The notes: generated by a model not told the origin, from the letters alone. A stretch of 64,000 nucleotides of DNA from Fidelibacterota bacterium (GCA_016782645.1 JADHYC010000004.1:612-64611), one strand, 5' to 3'; shown: positions 10,207-22,161, counted from the first letter of the stretch. Numbers and translations are program-made.

Positions 10207-11736
10207 GTGAAGCGGAGGGAATTCTTAAAAAAAAGTTCAATTATAACTGCTGGCATTGCTTCTACACCGTGGTGGTGGAATGCCTGTCAACCGAAAAGTT
10301 TAACAAAAGGATCAGTTCAGGATATGGAAGTACTCTTTAACGTTTCAAAATCTGGAATGAAAGAACTAATTTCTTATGCTCTTTCCAACGGTGGTAACCA
10401 TGCTGATATCTTCTTTGAATACCGCATTAATTCATCGCTGCGTATGGAAGAGGATATTATCAAAGATGCCAGCCGCGGTATTATAATGGGAATGGGTGTT
10501 CGTGTTATAAAAGGCGATCAAGTTGGGTATGCTCATACCGATGATTTCAGCTTTGACAAAATGAAAGAGGCTGCAATGGCAGCTTCTCACATTGCAAGTA
10601 GTTTAGTATCTGCTCAGATAGCACCAATAAAACAATGTAGAAAAAAGAATCTGTATGAATTGGAAGAACTCAGCATTGATGCTGATTTAAAAGAAAAAAT
10701 ATCTCTTATTGAGAGAGCAAATAGTGCGGCAAAGAAATTTCATTCTAAAGTCTCAAAAGCATACGTTTCTCTCTCTGATGAGATGAAGCAGATTATGTAC
10801 ATGGATTCCGATGGGAAATACTTTACTGATGTTCAGCCGATGTTATTACTCAGATGCTACATAGTTGCAGAAGATGGAACTAACAGGCAAGGTGCGAGTA
10901 TGGGAAAAAGTCAACGTACTGGACTAAATTATTTCTCAGAAAAAGGCAATTCTCCTGAATCAATAGCAGAGGATGCTGCAAAGATTGCTGTAACAAATCT
11001 TGATGCAAAGCCTGCACCGGCTGGTCCACAGGTGGTTGTTCTTGGTCCTGCTGACAGTGGAGTTTTGCTGCATGAAGCAGTTGGTCATGGTCTTGAAGCC
11101 GACTTTAATAGAAAAGGCTTGTCCAATTTTTCCAATAGAATTGGTGAAAAAGTTGCTTCAGAGCATTGTACAATTGTTGATTCGGGACTATTTCCCAATA
11201 TGCGTGGTTCAATAAATATTGATGATGAAGGAAATTTACCGACTGAAGCCGTTCTAATTGAAAACGGAATTCTAAAAGGCTACATGCACGATAATATTTC
11301 GTCGAAGATCATGAAGGCTCAGCCAACAGGAAACGGACGCCGCCAATCATACAGCTTTCCACCCATACCCCGTATGACAAATACATATATGCGTTCCGGC
11401 TCTTATGACCCCGAGGAAATAATTAAATCCGTTGATTATGGGGTATACGCTAAGTGCTTTAGTGGTGGGCAAGTTGACATAACAAAAGGAGACTTTACCT
11501 TTGGTGTATTTGAAGCCTATCTGATCGAGAACGGCAAAGTAACCGCTCCGCTTAAGGATGTAACTCTTATCGGCAATGGACCTGATGTGATGACAAAAGT
11601 AACAATGGTAGGAAATAATATGGAATTTACAAAAGGTGGATGGACCTGTGGTAAAAATGGTCAAAGGGTACCTGTTGGAGTAGGTATCCCAACTGTCAAA
11701 GTTAGTGAAATCACCGTTGGTGGAACAAAAGCTTAG
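10207..11736 (+). CDS. tldD: TldD-family metalloprotease with Tat-like signal (RREFLKK)
   Basis: GTG start 5 nt after AGGAGG. HEAVGHGLEADF metal-binding motif. Followed 9 nt later by the pmbA paralog. Confidence 0.85.
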   Translation: MKRREFLKKSSIITAGIASTPWWWNACQPKSLTKGSVQDMEVLFNVSKSGMKELISYALSNGGNHADIFFEYRINSSLRMEEDIIKDASRGIIMGMGVRVIKGDQVGYAHTDDFSFDKMKEAAMAASHIASSLVSAQIAPIKQCRKKNLYELEELSIDADLKEKISLIERANSAAKKFHSKVSKAYVSLSDEMKQIMYMDSDGKYFTDVQPMLLLRCYIVAEDGTNRQGASMGKSQRTGLNYFSEKGNSPESIAEDAAKIAVTNLDAKPAPAGPQVVVLGPADSGVLLHEAVGHGLEADFNRKGLSNFSNRIGEKVASEHCTIVDSGLFPNMRGSINIDDEGNLPTEAVLIENGILKGYMHDNISSKIMKAQPTGNGRRQSYSFPPIPRMTNTYMRSGSYDPEEIIKSVDYGVYAKCFSGGQVDITKGDFTFGVFEAYLIENGKVTAPLKDVTLIGNGPDVMTKVTMVGNNMEFTKGGWTCGKNGQRVPVGVGIPTVKVSEITVGGTKA

Positions 11737-11745
11737 GGGATTGAT

Positions 11746-13092
11746 ATGAAAGACATAAAAAATCTATCTGAATATATAATTGATAAAGCTCTCAAGCAGG
11801 GAGCCGATGATGTTGACGTTATTATAAGAGAATCAAGCAGCTCAAATATAGAAATTCGCCTGGGAAAAATAGAAGAACTCAAGCAGGCAAATCCTAAAGG
11901 GTTGGGAATAAGAGTCTTTAAGAATAAACGAAAAGCATTGACATATACCAGCGATCTTCGTCTTGAATCAGTAAAAAAACTTGTGGCACAAACAGTTGAA
12001 ATGGCTGATATCACAAATCAGGATGAATTCAGTGGACTTCCAGAGAAAGAACTGCTTGGGATTGCTGATGTCAATTTGTCACTTTATGACAAGAAACTTG
12101 AAACTATGTCTATTGAGGATAAAATTAGAATAGCTAAAGAAGTCGAAGAAATCGGAATGGCTCAGGATCCGCTGATCAACAATTCCAGCGGTGCCCACTG
12201 GAGTGATTCAAAAAGTAGAGCAGTCCTTGCTAACTCTCGAGGTTTCTTCGGTGAACAGGAATATTCTTCATGTTATTTTAGCCTATCACTTGTAGCCGAA
12301 AAAGATGGAGTGAAGCAGACTGATTATTGGTGGACAAGCAGTCGTTTCCTCGATAGGCTCGATTCAGTTGAAAACATTGCAAAAGAGACTGCCCGAAGAA
12401 CGGTCAGGAAAATTGGTGCAATAAAGCCAAAGACTAAAAAAGTTCCCGTAGTCTTTGACCCGGAAGTGGGAAAAGATTTTCTAAATATCATCTCTTCTTC
12501 TGTTATGGGAACGAGCATTTATAGAAAAAGCTCCTTTTTAGTAGACAAACTGAACAAACAGATAGGTGTTGGGAATTTAACAATAACTGACGATGGAATT
12601 TTAAAAGACGGTCTGGGTTCAAGGCGATTCGATGGTGAAGGTCTGCCAAGTAGAAAAAATATTGTTCTCGATCATGGTATTTTAAAAACATACTTATGCG
12701 ATTGCTATTCAGCAAGAAAACTCAAACACCCACCTACAGGAAGTGCTAGCCGAGGCACTAGTTCAGGTCCAAGCCCAAGTACAACTAACTTCTATATGCA
12801 AAATGGTAATGTACCACCTGAAGAAATAATAAAATCCGTAAAAGAAGGACTTTATCTTACAAGTGTGCACTGGGTTGGTGTAAATTATGTTACAGGTGAC
12901 TATTCACGCGGTGCAGAGGGAATATGGATTGAAAATGGAAAATTAACCTATCCGGTACAGGAATTCACAGTTGCCGGCAATATGCTCGACATGATGAAAT
13001 CAATAGAGATGATAGGAAATAATTTAACTTTTAGAGATTCAACTAATGCTCCAACTTTTTTAATTAAAGAAATGATGATTAGTGGAAGTTAG
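11746..13092 (+). CDS. pmbA: PmbA/TldE-family protease partner
   Basis: 448 aa, TldD/PmbA family fold. Adjacent to tldD on the same strand. Confidence 0.85.
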   Translation: MKDIKNLSEYIIDKALKQGADDVDVIIRESSSSNIEIRLGKIEELKQANPKGLGIRVFKNKRKALTYTSDLRLESVKKLVAQTVEMADITNQDEFSGLPEKELLGIADVNLSLYDKKLETMSIEDKIRIAKEVEEIGMAQDPLINNSSGAHWSDSKSRAVLANSRGFFGEQEYSSCYFSLSLVAEKDGVKQTDYWWTSSRFLDRLDSVENIAKETARRTVRKIGAIKPKTKKVPVVFDPEVGKDFLNIISSSVMGTSIYRKSSFLVDKLNKQIGVGNLTITDDGILKDGLGSRRFDGEGLPSRKNIVLDHGILKTYLCDCYSARKLKHPPTGSASRGTSSGPSPSTTNFYMQNGNVPPEEIIKSVKEGLYLTSVHWVGVNYVTGDYSRGAEGIWIENGKLTYPVQEFTVAGNMLDMMKSIEMIGNNLTFRDSTNAPTFLIKEMMISGS

Positions 13093-13252
13093 GGAAGTAG
13101 GTGGGAATCAGTAAGCAGTGGCTTGAAGTAGTAGGCAGTAAGCAGTATGTAGTAAGGAGGAGAGGACAAGAAAATAATTATTAAAATCAAAAAAGGAAGA
13201 ACTAATTCCATCATTCCAAATATTTGGTAAAACATTTTAAAACAGGGAGAAT

Positions 13253-14011
13253 TTGATAGTGAATATCGTAGTCTGTGTGAAAAATGTACCTGATTCTGAA
13301 ACAAGGATAAAAATTCTATCTGATGGTGTTTCAATTGACGAATCCATGATAAAATTTGATACCAATCCCCATGATGAATATGCGCTTGAGGCAGCTGCCC
13401 AATTAAAAGAAAAACTTGGCGGCGAAGTAACTGCAATCTGTCTCGGTGATGATAATGTAACATCCACAATTAAAAGATGTCTTGCTTGTGGTGCTGATAA
13501 TGCCATTCATCTTGTTGCTCAAAACAGTAGAATGGCAGATTCACTTGTTGTGGCGCAGGCTTTAGCTGATGAAATAAAAAACATTTCATTTGACATTATT
13601 CTATGTGGGAAGCAGGTTTCCGATACTGATAGTCACCAGGTTGGAGGACTGATTGCTCAGATCCTGGATGTTCCCTGTATTTCAATGGTTAACGAGATTT
13701 CTGTATCTGATAAAAACGTTACAGCAAGCAGGGATGTAGAAGGAGCAAAAGAAATTCTTGAATGTTCTTTGCCATGTGTTCTAACTGCTGAAAAAGGCTT
13801 GAATAAACCACGCTATCCTTCTCTAAGAGATATAATGAAAGCGAAGAAAAAAGAGATTAAGAGAAAAGAAATAATGTTAAATCAGGGTGGAATAGAAATA
13901 CTCAGTATGGAATATCCACCTCCAAGAAATGCAGGAAAGATAGTCGGCGAAGGACCGGAAGCGGTTTCGGAACTTATAAAGCTATTAAAAGAAGAAGCCA
14001 AAGTTTTATAA
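13253..14011 (+). CDS. etfB: electron transfer flavoprotein beta subunit
   Basis: VVCVKNVPD… ETF-beta N-terminus. Start could instead be the GTG at 13259. 252 aa. Confidence 0.85.
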   Translation: MIVNIVVCVKNVPDSETRIKILSDGVSIDESMIKFDTNPHDEYALEAAAQLKEKLGGEVTAICLGDDNVTSTIKRCLACGADNAIHLVAQNSRMADSLVVAQALADEIKNISFDIILCGKQVSDTDSHQVGGLIAQILDVPCISMVNEISVSDKNVTASRDVEGAKEILECSLPCVLTAEKGLNKPRYPSLRDIMKAKKKEIKRKEIMLNQGGIEILSMEYPPPRNAGKIVGEGPEAVSELIKLLKEEAKVL

Positions 14012-14311
14012 AAATGAATACTGTATTCTCAATAACAGATAGAACATAATGAATGAGTCTACTTAAAAAAGAATTGAAAGAGAAATATCTATACTTAATT
14101 TTTAAAATTGTAAAAGCTGTTTGCCGTGGGCATCCATCTTTTAACGGAAAAACAGTTCTGAAAAGCTTTAACTTATTATTAACCCGCCAACCGGTAGGAC
14201 TGAAAATACCTACCTCAAAATTTGTAACCGTTCTAATAGCTTGCTCTAATCTATGAGAGATTTTTCTCTTTAATAAATTCACCTATAACAAGAAATTATT
14301 GTAAAGGAACA

Positions 14312-15283
14312 ATGATGGACATATTGGTTTTTGCTGAACAGAGAGATGGAAAACTTAAAAAAACCGCCTATGAAGCTGTCTCAGTAGGATGCTCTATTGC
14401 TGATGAATCAAAAGGAAAACTAACGGCAGTAATTGTCGGTGCTAATAAAAGAAATCTTGCAAAAGAATTAGGGAAATTCGGAGCAAGTAATATTTTAGTT
14501 GCCGATGATGAACGTCTTGGCAAGTTTGTACCTTCTGCTTATTCCCGGGTGGTTTCCTCAATAATAAAGAACCAAAATCCCGATGTAGTTCTATTCCCAT
14601 TTTCCTCAATGGGAAAAGATCTAATGCCATCCGTTGCTGCTCGGCTTGGAGTTAGTGCGGCATCAGATTGTACAAAAGTCGAAATCAGTGATGGAGAAAT
14701 CATTTGCCATAGACCTGTATATTCAGGAAAAGCAGTTGCAAAAATCTCTTTTTCAAATAAACCTGCTGTTATTTCATTAAGACCCAATACATTTTCTATC
14801 ACTGAAAAGCCGGTTTCAACAAATATTACAGAGCTTGAAATTGAATTGTCTCCCAATGATTTTCTTACCATTATAAAAGAAATTGTGTCGGCTGAAAGCA
14901 AACGTCCTGATCTTACAGAGGCGGATATCATTGTTGCCGGTGGTAGAGGAATGGGTGGCTCTGAAAAATTCTCCATTCTTGAAGAACTGGCTGATCTTCT
15001 TGGAGCTGCGGTAGGGGCAAGTAGATCTGCTGTAGATGCCGGATGGAGACCTCAGAAAGACCAGGTTGGACAAACCGGCCAAACTGTTTCACCCGATCTC
15101 TATATTGCATGCGGCATTTCCGGCGCTATTCAGCACATAGCAGGTATTTCTTCTGCAAAATATATTGTTGCCATAAATAATGATACTGAAGCACCAATCT
15201 TTAAAGTTGCAGATTACGGTATTGTTGGCGATCTTTTTGAAGTTGTACCAGCAATGATTGGCGAATTGAAAAATGTGCCCTAA
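14312..15283 (+). CDS. etfA: electron transfer flavoprotein alpha subunit
   Basis: 323 aa. FAD-binding C-terminal motifs (IVAGGRGMG, PDLYIACGISGAIQH). Confidence 0.9.
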   Translation: MMDILVFAEQRDGKLKKTAYEAVSVGCSIADESKGKLTAVIVGANKRNLAKELGKFGASNILVADDERLGKFVPSAYSRVVSSIIKNQNPDVVLFPFSSMGKDLMPSVAARLGVSAASDCTKVEISDGEIICHRPVYSGKAVAKISFSNKPAVISLRPNTFSITEKPVSTNITELEIELSPNDFLTIIKEIVSAESKRPDLTEADIIVAGGRGMGGSEKFSILEELADLLGAAVGASRSAVDAGWRPQKDQVGQTGQTVSPDLYIACGISGAIQHIAGISSAKYIVAINNDTEAPIFKVADYGIVGDLFEVVPAMIGELKNVP

Positions 15284-15373
15284 ATTGTATCGCTATTTTA
15301 ATTGTACCCTACAATCACTGGAAAAATCCCGGTTACTAAAAAAACGGATTTTACATTAAATAAAGGGTGTGTC

Positions 15374-16447
15374 ATGAATAATTCACTGGACGAAGATTTA
15401 CCAATAACTACTATTGCGGTAGATGCTATGGGTGGAGATTTGGCGCCAACGGAACCTGTACTGGGTGCAGCTCAAGCTACATTGGAATCAACTGCTCATG
15501 TTATACTTGTTGGAGATAAAATCCGCATTCTTGATTTATTGAATGAGACAGAGTATAATGCTAACCAGATAGAAATTATCCATACTGATGAATTCATAAC
15601 TAACGAGGATATTCCTCAACAGGTTATCAAAAAGAAACCTAAGGCTTCAATGATTTTAGCGGCTAAACTCTGCAAAGAGGGCGCCGTTCAAGGATTAGTA
15701 TCAGCGGGAAATACAGGGGCGTACGTTTTATCAGCTTCACGATATGTTCCTCGAATAGTTGGTGTACGAAAAACAGCGATAGCTGCGGTTTATCCAACCC
15801 AGAATGCCCAAAAAAGAGATGACCATTTTGCCCTATTATTAGATGTAGGAGCTAACGTGCACTGTGCCACGGAAGATATGGTTCAATTCGCTTTGATGGG
15901 AATGATTTATGCATCTAATATAAAAGGTCTTCCTGACCCTACGATCTCTCTCCTTAATATCGGCAAAGAATCTTATAAAGGCGGTGATATGCTTTCACGA
16001 GTTTATAAAATACTTGATGGGCTTCCGAATGTTAATTTTGTGGGTAATATTGAGGGTGATGATGTAATGAAAGGACTTGCGGATGTTGTTGTCACGGAGG
16101 GATACGTTGGAAATATAGTTATGAAAACTATAGAAGGAATTGCGGAAACACTTTCCCATCTTGGAAGGTATGCATTTAAGCATAGATTTCTATGGAGATT
16201 AGGGCTTATTGCTCTATCCAGTGGTATTAGAACCTTGAAGCAGCTTACTGATTATTCAGAATACGGAGGAGCTCCTTTATTAGGATTTCAGAATGTTGTT
16301 ATCAAAGCACATGGACGATCAAAAGCAAAAGCTATTACAAATGCTATCAAATTAGCAGCAAAATCATACCGTGATAATATTTGTGGAAAAATATCTAATG
16401 AAATATCTCAATTTGAATCGAATACATTTATAGATGACATAAAATAG
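15374..16447 (+). CDS. plsX: phosphate acyltransferase PlsX
   Basis: IAVDAMGGD motif near the N-terminus. The ATG at 15374 is preferred over the upstream TTG at 15302 used by the ORF track. Confidence 0.85.
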   Translation: MNNSLDEDLPITTIAVDAMGGDLAPTEPVLGAAQATLESTAHVILVGDKIRILDLLNETEYNANQIEIIHTDEFITNEDIPQQVIKKKPKASMILAAKLCKEGAVQGLVSAGNTGAYVLSASRYVPRIVGVRKTAIAAVYPTQNAQKRDDHFALLLDVGANVHCATEDMVQFALMGMIYASNIKGLPDPTISLLNIGKESYKGGDMLSRVYKILDGLPNVNFVGNIEGDDVMKGLADVVVTEGYVGNIVMKTIEGIAETLSHLGRYAFKHRFLWRLGLIALSSGIRTLKQLTDYSEYGGAPLLGFQNVVIKAHGRSKAKAITNAIKLAAKSYRDNICGKISNEISQFESNTFIDDIK

Positions 16448-16663
16448 AACTTCTAATAACTTTAGCCTGAGAAGTAACAAACCACAGATTTTTTTGTGTT
16501 TCAATAATTAAAATGACTTCGGGTAAATGAAACAACTTGTGAATTTATCACCTTTTCCAATAAAGCTGTTGTTTCTATTTTAACATTGTAATAAAACTTA
16601 CTCTGCATTAAATTTTTCTGAAAGCAAGAAAAATTTAAAACCTGTAAACTATTAGGGAATTGC

Positions 16664-18208
16664 ATGTCAAAATTTTCACTTGTTAAAAGCGCTGCGGTAT
16701 TAGGAATTGACGCTTATATTGTTAATGTTGAATGTAATTTAAGTCGTGCAGAGCTTCCTCGTTTTATAACTGTCGGATTACCCGAAGGGGCTGTCCGTGA
16801 AAGCAAAGAACGGGTTTGGGCAGCAGTAAAAAATATGGGTTATTATATCCCAAGCAATAAAATCGTTGTGAACCTCGCTCCCGCAGATATCAAAAAAGAG
16901 GGTAGTGCTTTTGATTTACCTATTGCTATCGGGATTTTATGTGCAGCCAATCTTGTCCCAAAAGACAAATTGAAGGATTATATTATGCTGGGAGAGCTTT
17001 CCCTCGATGGGGCATTACGCGGTATTAAAGGCACATTGCCAATTTCAGTTTCTGTCAAGGATTCCGGAATAAAGGGAATAATTCTTCCCGTTGAAAATGC
17101 CAAAGAAGCCGCGATAACTGGTGAGCTCTCAATTATTGGGGTAAAATCACTTCGGGAAACTATAGATTTCTTAAATGATGATTATTCACCGGAACCATTT
17201 CATATTGATGTTCAGGCTCTTTTTGAAGAGCATCGACGCTACCAGTTGGATTTTTCTGATGTAAAAGGACAGGAAAATGTGAAACGGTCACTTGAGGTAG
17301 CAGCGGCTGGTGGGCATAATCTGATTATGATTGGTCCTCCCGGTTCCGGAAAAACAATGCTTGCCAAGCGGTTTCCGTCGATTTTACCGAATCTTACTCT
17401 CGAAGAAGCGCTTGAAACCACAAAAATCCACTCTGTTGCAGGTCTTATCCCTTCCGGTCAGGGAATTATTGCTACGCGGCCATTCAGGTCGCCTCATCAT
17501 ACAATTTCTGATGCCGCACTCGTCGGTGGAGGAAAAATTCCTCGACCTGGAGAAGTTAGTTTAAGCAATCATGGAGTTCTCTTTCTCGATGAATTTCCTG
17601 AGTTCAAAAAGAACGTTCTAGAAGTTTTGCGTCAACCACTTGAAAATGGAACTGTTACAATATCACGAGCACAAATGTCACTTACTTATCCATCTTCCTT
17701 TATGCTTGTAGCCGCAATGAATCCATGTCCTTGCGGATATTCTACCGATCCTAATAACGAATGTACCTGTTCCCAATCTCAAATACAAAAATATATGTCT
17801 CGAATCTCAGGTCCATTGCTTGATAGAATTGATATTCATATTGAAGTTCCCGCTGTCAGATTCTCTGATCTTGCAAGTAAATCTCCGAGTGAGACTTCCA
17901 AGTTCATTCGTGAACGCGTTCAAAATGCAAGAGAAATTCAAACAAAACGGTTTAAAGAACTCAAAGGAGTTTATGCCAATGCACACATGGAAACCAAGCT
18001 GATAAAAAAATATTGCCAGATCGATAAAGCAGGGGAATCTCTTCTTAGGACTGCAATTACCAAACTCGGGCTGAGCGCAAGGGCTTATGACAGAATTTTA
18101 AAAGTATCCAGAACAATTGCAGATCTTGCTTGTATGGAACAAATAAGACCAGAGCATTTGAGCGAAGCAATTCAGTACAGGAGTCTCGATAGGCAACTAT
18201 GGCTTTAA
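16664..18208 (+). CDS. comM: YifB/ComM-family Mg-chelatase-like AAA+ ATPase
   Basis: 514 aa. N-terminal Lon-like domain, Walker [12 protein letters not shown], Cys-rich insert (CPCGY…CTC). Confidence 0.9.
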   Translation: MSKFSLVKSAAVLGIDAYIVNVECNLSRAELPRFITVGLPEGAVRESKERVWAAVKNMGYYIPSNKIVVNLAPADIKKEGSAFDLPIAIGILCAANLVPKDKLKDYIMLGELSLDGALRGIKGTLPISVSVKDSGIKGIILPVENAKEAAITGELSIIGVKSLRETIDFLNDDYSPEPFHIDVQALFEEHRRYQLDFSDVKGQENVKRSLEVAAAGGHNLIMIGPPGSGKTMLAKRFPSILPNLTLEEALETTKIHSVAGLIPSGQGIIATRPFRSPHHTISDAALVGGGKIPRPGEVSLSNHGVLFLDEFPEFKKNVLEVLRQPLENGTVTISRAQMSLTYPSSFMLVAAMNPCPCGYSTDPNNECTCSQSQIQKYMSRISGPLLDRIDIHIEVPAVRFSDLASKSPSETSKFIRERVQNAREIQTKRFKELKGVYANAHMETKLIKKYCQIDKAGESLLRTAITKLGLSARAYDRILKVSRTIADLACMEQIRPEHLSEAIQYRSLDRQLWL

Positions 18209-18350
18209 TGGAAAAACCAAAAATTACACTAATTTACCGGGAAAGAATGAATGACAATTAATTAGCGAAAATTAGCGTTTATTCGCGGTTAAAAAATTAT
18301 ATTTACAAAAATTATCTACAATACAGTGGCAAATAATTCAGGATATTTAC

Positions 18351-18863
18351 CTATGATTTCTTATCTGATTCTATCTGCTCGTCGGATTTGCTTTTTTTAC
18401 TAACCTTAAACTCACGAATAATAATAAAAATACCAATAAGCGCCAGGATGAGTGGCCAACCCTTCGAAAATAAATCACTCTCTTTTCCAATACCTGTAAA
18501 AATTAGTATAACTCCTGGGATCAAAGGCCACCAATGAGATTTTTTCTCATATAGATAGGCAATTACATAAATTACTACGAAACCGATACCAAGACCGATT
18601 AACTCAAGATTACCAGAACGTCCAAAAACTGTTCCCAGTCCAAGCCCCAACAATAAGCAGCCTGGAATTAGAAAACCGTATTTCTTCTTATAAAAGTAAG
18701 CTATTAGAAATCCAGCGCCGAACAAGAAAAACATTAATGCTTCGCTGTATCCCTCAGCATACTGCAGTACGAAAAAAATTACACCTAACACAATAAGAAT
18801 AATACCTGTAGCAAACTTTTTACTGATTCGCTTCTTCACTGTTTCCTCCTCTTTTATCAACAC
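18351..18863 (-). CDS. hypothetical integral membrane protein (4 TM)
   Basis: 170 aa hydrophobic ORF with Lys-rich termini. No recognisable motif. Confidence 0.5.
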   Translation of the reverse strand: MLIKEEETVKKRISKKFATGIILIVLGVIFFVLQYAEGYSEALMFFLFGAGFLIAYFYKKKYGFLIPGCLLLGLGLGTVFGRSGNLELIGLGIGFVVIYVIAYLYEKKSHWWPLIPGVILIFTGIGKESDLFSKGWPLILALIGIFIIIREFKVSKKSKSDEQIESDKKS

Positions 18864-19027
18864 AACAATGTATTAATAATGAATTTTAAATGGTAAACAT
18901 TTTTTTAGCGGGATATTCCCAGTGCAGGTCTTCTTCATATTATTGGAAGCAATTTTTTTCTTTATTAGATTTAATGTATGTTAATAGCCGCTATAATAAA
19001 TTCTCTTAAAATGAATATGGAGGAAAA

Positions 19028-21676
19028 ATGAAAACAATTTTTTCACGTTATGTGTTTAGATACATACTCATTTTAGTATTGGTTTGCTCTTATGTTAGCA
19101 TAGGTTATTCTAAGGATGACGCTGAACAGAAGCAGGAAATTCCCATTTCATCGTGGTTATTATCTGGTACAATACCGCAACCATTGCCTGTATTCAATGA
19201 AGATAAAAACATAGAAGGCAAGACATTCGCCCTCAAAGACCTTCTCAAATTCGATCAAGCTAATATTAAAAATTTATTACCGGCAAGAGGCGAAAAATTT
19301 GGATGGAGACCCAACTTAGACCTCCAATGGGAAAAAGTGACAGCAGATTCGAGCAATACTATTACTTTCTTAAGCGAAAGTGGAAATATCCCTGAAATCA
19401 ACTATCTGGCAAGTTATATAAATGCGAAGCGCTGGACAAAGGCTAATCTTGAAATTAGTGGAGCACACCTATTCCAAGTTTACATGGATGGTGAGTTGCT
19501 AAATTCCAAAACAAGTTTTGATACACTTAAAGAAAATGATAATCAAGATAAACAAAGCAATATCTCCCATGAAATCAAATTGGAAACAGGGAAACATATT
19601 CTCCTTATTAAATCACTGCATGATCCGGAAAATAACATGCCCTGGAACATCAGTGCTACTCTGAAATTGAGCGAAGACTTCCCAAAAGATGCTCTACAAA
19701 TCAGCACTTCACCAAGGCACGTCATGAACATGAAACATCTATTATACACACCTATAATCTCAAATATTTCTATTTCGCCAGATGGGGATATTGTAGCAAT
19801 TGCATTGACTCATTATGCTCCACCAGATAACGATAAAGAGTCATGGCTTGAATTGCGCAAGGTTTCTGATGGCAGTCTAATACAAACTTATCGTGGTGGC
19901 ATGAGTATTTCAAATATTAAATGAGCACCTGTTGGCAGAAAATACTCCTATACAAGTAACAAAGAAGAAAAATACACTCTTTGGATAGTTGACCTTGACA
20001 AAGGTACTACAACAGCGTTGCTGGAAAACATCAAGGATTTTGGTAGTTACTCCTGGGCACCTGATGGTTCATTCATAATTTACAGTGTAACAGAAAAAGC
20101 CCCTGAAGATAAAAACGGTGTACATCGCTTAAAAGGGATGGAAGATAGACAACCACATTTGAGGAACAGAAACTTTTTGTATATTGTGAATTTACCACAA
20201 GGAACCAGACGACGTTTAACAGCAGGGGAAATTTCTACTGATTTAAATTCAGTAAGTCCTGATGGTAAAAAAATCATATTCAGCCACCTGCTCTCAAATT
20301 ATGAGGAGAGGCCCTTTTCAAAAACTCAGTTCTATATTCTCAATCTTGCTACCTTGAAATTGGATTCACTCTGGACAAGTAAATGGCGTGGATACGTGCA
20401 ATGGTCGCCAGATGGGAAAAAGCTGCTGGTAATTGGCGCTCCAAGCATGTTTGGTGATATTGGAGTAAATGTTCCTGAAGGAACGATTCCAAATGATTAC
20501 GATACACAGGCATATATTTACGATTTCAAAACCGGAAGTATTGAACCAATTACACGAGATTTCGATCCACAAATCAACCAGGCTATCTGGAGCAAAACAG
20601 AGAACGCCATCTATTTTCGAGTTACTGACCGATCCTACGGCAATCTCTATAGGTATGATCTCAAGAAAAAACGATTCAATCTAATTAAAAGCGAAGTTGA
20701 AGTAATGCGCCGTCTGGATATTGCAAATAACAAAGCTGTTGCCGTTTATTACGGTTCAAGCGCTGCGGTACCTTATAAAGCCTATATTATGGATTTGAAA
20801 AAGAAATCACGCCTTCTGATTGATCCCGGCAAGAAAGATTATAAAGACGTTGTTTTAAGTAAAGTTGAACGGTGGACATTCAAGAATGAACGCAATTTTG
20901 AGATTGAAGGTCGTATCTACTACCCACCTAATTTTGATCCAAAGAAAAAATATCCATGCATTGTCTATTACTATGGAGGTACAAGCCCTGTCACACGCGA
21001 TTTCGATGGACGCTATCCCAAGAATCTCTACTCAGCTCAGGGTTATGTCGTATACGTGATGCAGCCCAGTGGTGCAACCGGCTTTGGGCAGGAATTTTCA
21101 GCACTGCATGTGAATGAGTGGGGAACTATTGTAGTAAATGAGATTATTGACGGAACTAAAAAGCTCCTTGCGGCACACCCATTCATTGACAAAAGTCACG
21201 TAGGTTGCATCGGAGCATCTTACGGCGGATTTACAACGGAATTGTTATTAACTAAGACGGATATATTCTCTACGGCTGTATCTCATGCAGGCATCAGCTC
21301 AATTGCCAGTTATTGGGGAGAGGGATATTGGGGCTATGAATATGGCGCTGTCGCTAATGCAAATAGTTTTCCCTGGAATAAAAAGGAGTATTTTATCAAT
21401 CAAAGCGCACTCTTTAATGCTGACAAGATCAATACACCAATTTTGCTAACTCACGGTATGGCAGATACGAATGTTCCGCCCGGCGAAAGTATCCAACTCT
21501 ATACTGCACTCAAACTACTTGGTAGAGAAGTTGAACTTATCCAGTTTAATGGGGAGAATCACTTCATCCTTGACTACAATAAACGCAGCCAATGGACAAA
21601 ATCTATAATGGCGTGGTTTGACAAATGGCTTAAAGAACAGCCTCAATGGTGGGACGACTTATATTTAAGTGAGTAG
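19028..21676 (+). pseudogene. S9-family serine peptidase (beta-propeller + alpha/beta-hydrolase) interrupted by one in-frame TGA at 19922-19924
   Basis: ORFs 19028..19924 and 20018..21676 are in the same frame. The sequence between them (APVGRKYSYTSNKEEKYTLWIVDLDKGTTTALLEN) continues the propeller repeats (WAPDGS, VSPDGKK, WSPDGKK). The C-terminus has an S9 catalytic region (GASYGG…) and the N-terminus has a signal peptide. Confidence 0.7.
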
Positions 21677-21697
21677 CTTATTTATACTTATTCCGAA

Positions 21698-21722
21698 ATT
21701 GTCCCGACGGGTCGGGACAATT
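21698..21722. terminator. perfect 10-bp-stem palindrome (TTGTCCCGAC-GG-GTCGGGACAA) between convergent genes; candidate bidirectional terminator
   Basis: Located 22 nt after the S9 peptidase stop and upstream of the end of the minus-strand gene 21862..22161. Confidence 0.4.
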
Positions 21723-21861
21723 GGATAAGAAACTACGTTTTTCTAACATCAGTGTCATGTATACAATATAAGAATCAACGTTACAAATTTCGTTATCACA
21801 TGGAGATATCTACGACACAAAACACCCCGAATAACCAGGGTAAAGAGTGAATATTTGCGAA

Positions 21862-22161
21862 TCATTCCTTATTTACCAGCTTCTTAAGAATCGAAATAAT
21901 GATTTTGTTTTCTCTTGTCCTTTTCATCAGAATAACATACAGTAGAATTAAAACAATCCCCATCAGAATACCAGGTAATCCAATCCAGTACACCGCTTTA
22001 TCCACTAAATGTTGGTATAAATATATCATTGTTGCCACTATGAGAATACATCCAACAAGCAGAAAAATATTAGAAAAAACAGCTAATCTACCTTGTTCAT
22101 GCTCACGCTCTAAAATATCATAGAGATATTCCTGTTCCTCTTTTGATAATTCTTTAGACAT
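21862..22161 (-). CDS. small membrane protein (2 TM), hypothetical
   Basis: 99 aa with charged N-terminus and two hydrophobic helices. Confidence 0.45.
   Translation of the reverse strand: MSKELSKEEQEYLYDILEREHEQGRLAVFSNIFLLVGCILIVATMIYLYQHLVDKAVYWIGLPGILMGIVLILLYVILMKRTRENKIIISILKKLVNKE

Noticed and set aside
13093-13165. Purine-rich repeated words (AGTAAGCAGT, GAAGTAG) between pmbA and etfB
   Set aside because: Short and low-complexity. Overlaps a probable RBS/leader region. Not enough copies to call a repeat element.
19922-19924. In-frame TGA in S9 peptidase as selenocysteine or recoded codon
   Set aside because: No SECIS-like stem-loop in the 40 nt downstream. S9 peptidases are not known selenoproteins. 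TGA terminates other genes here (e.g. aspS), so alternative genetic code is unlikely. Pseudogene or sequencing error preferred.
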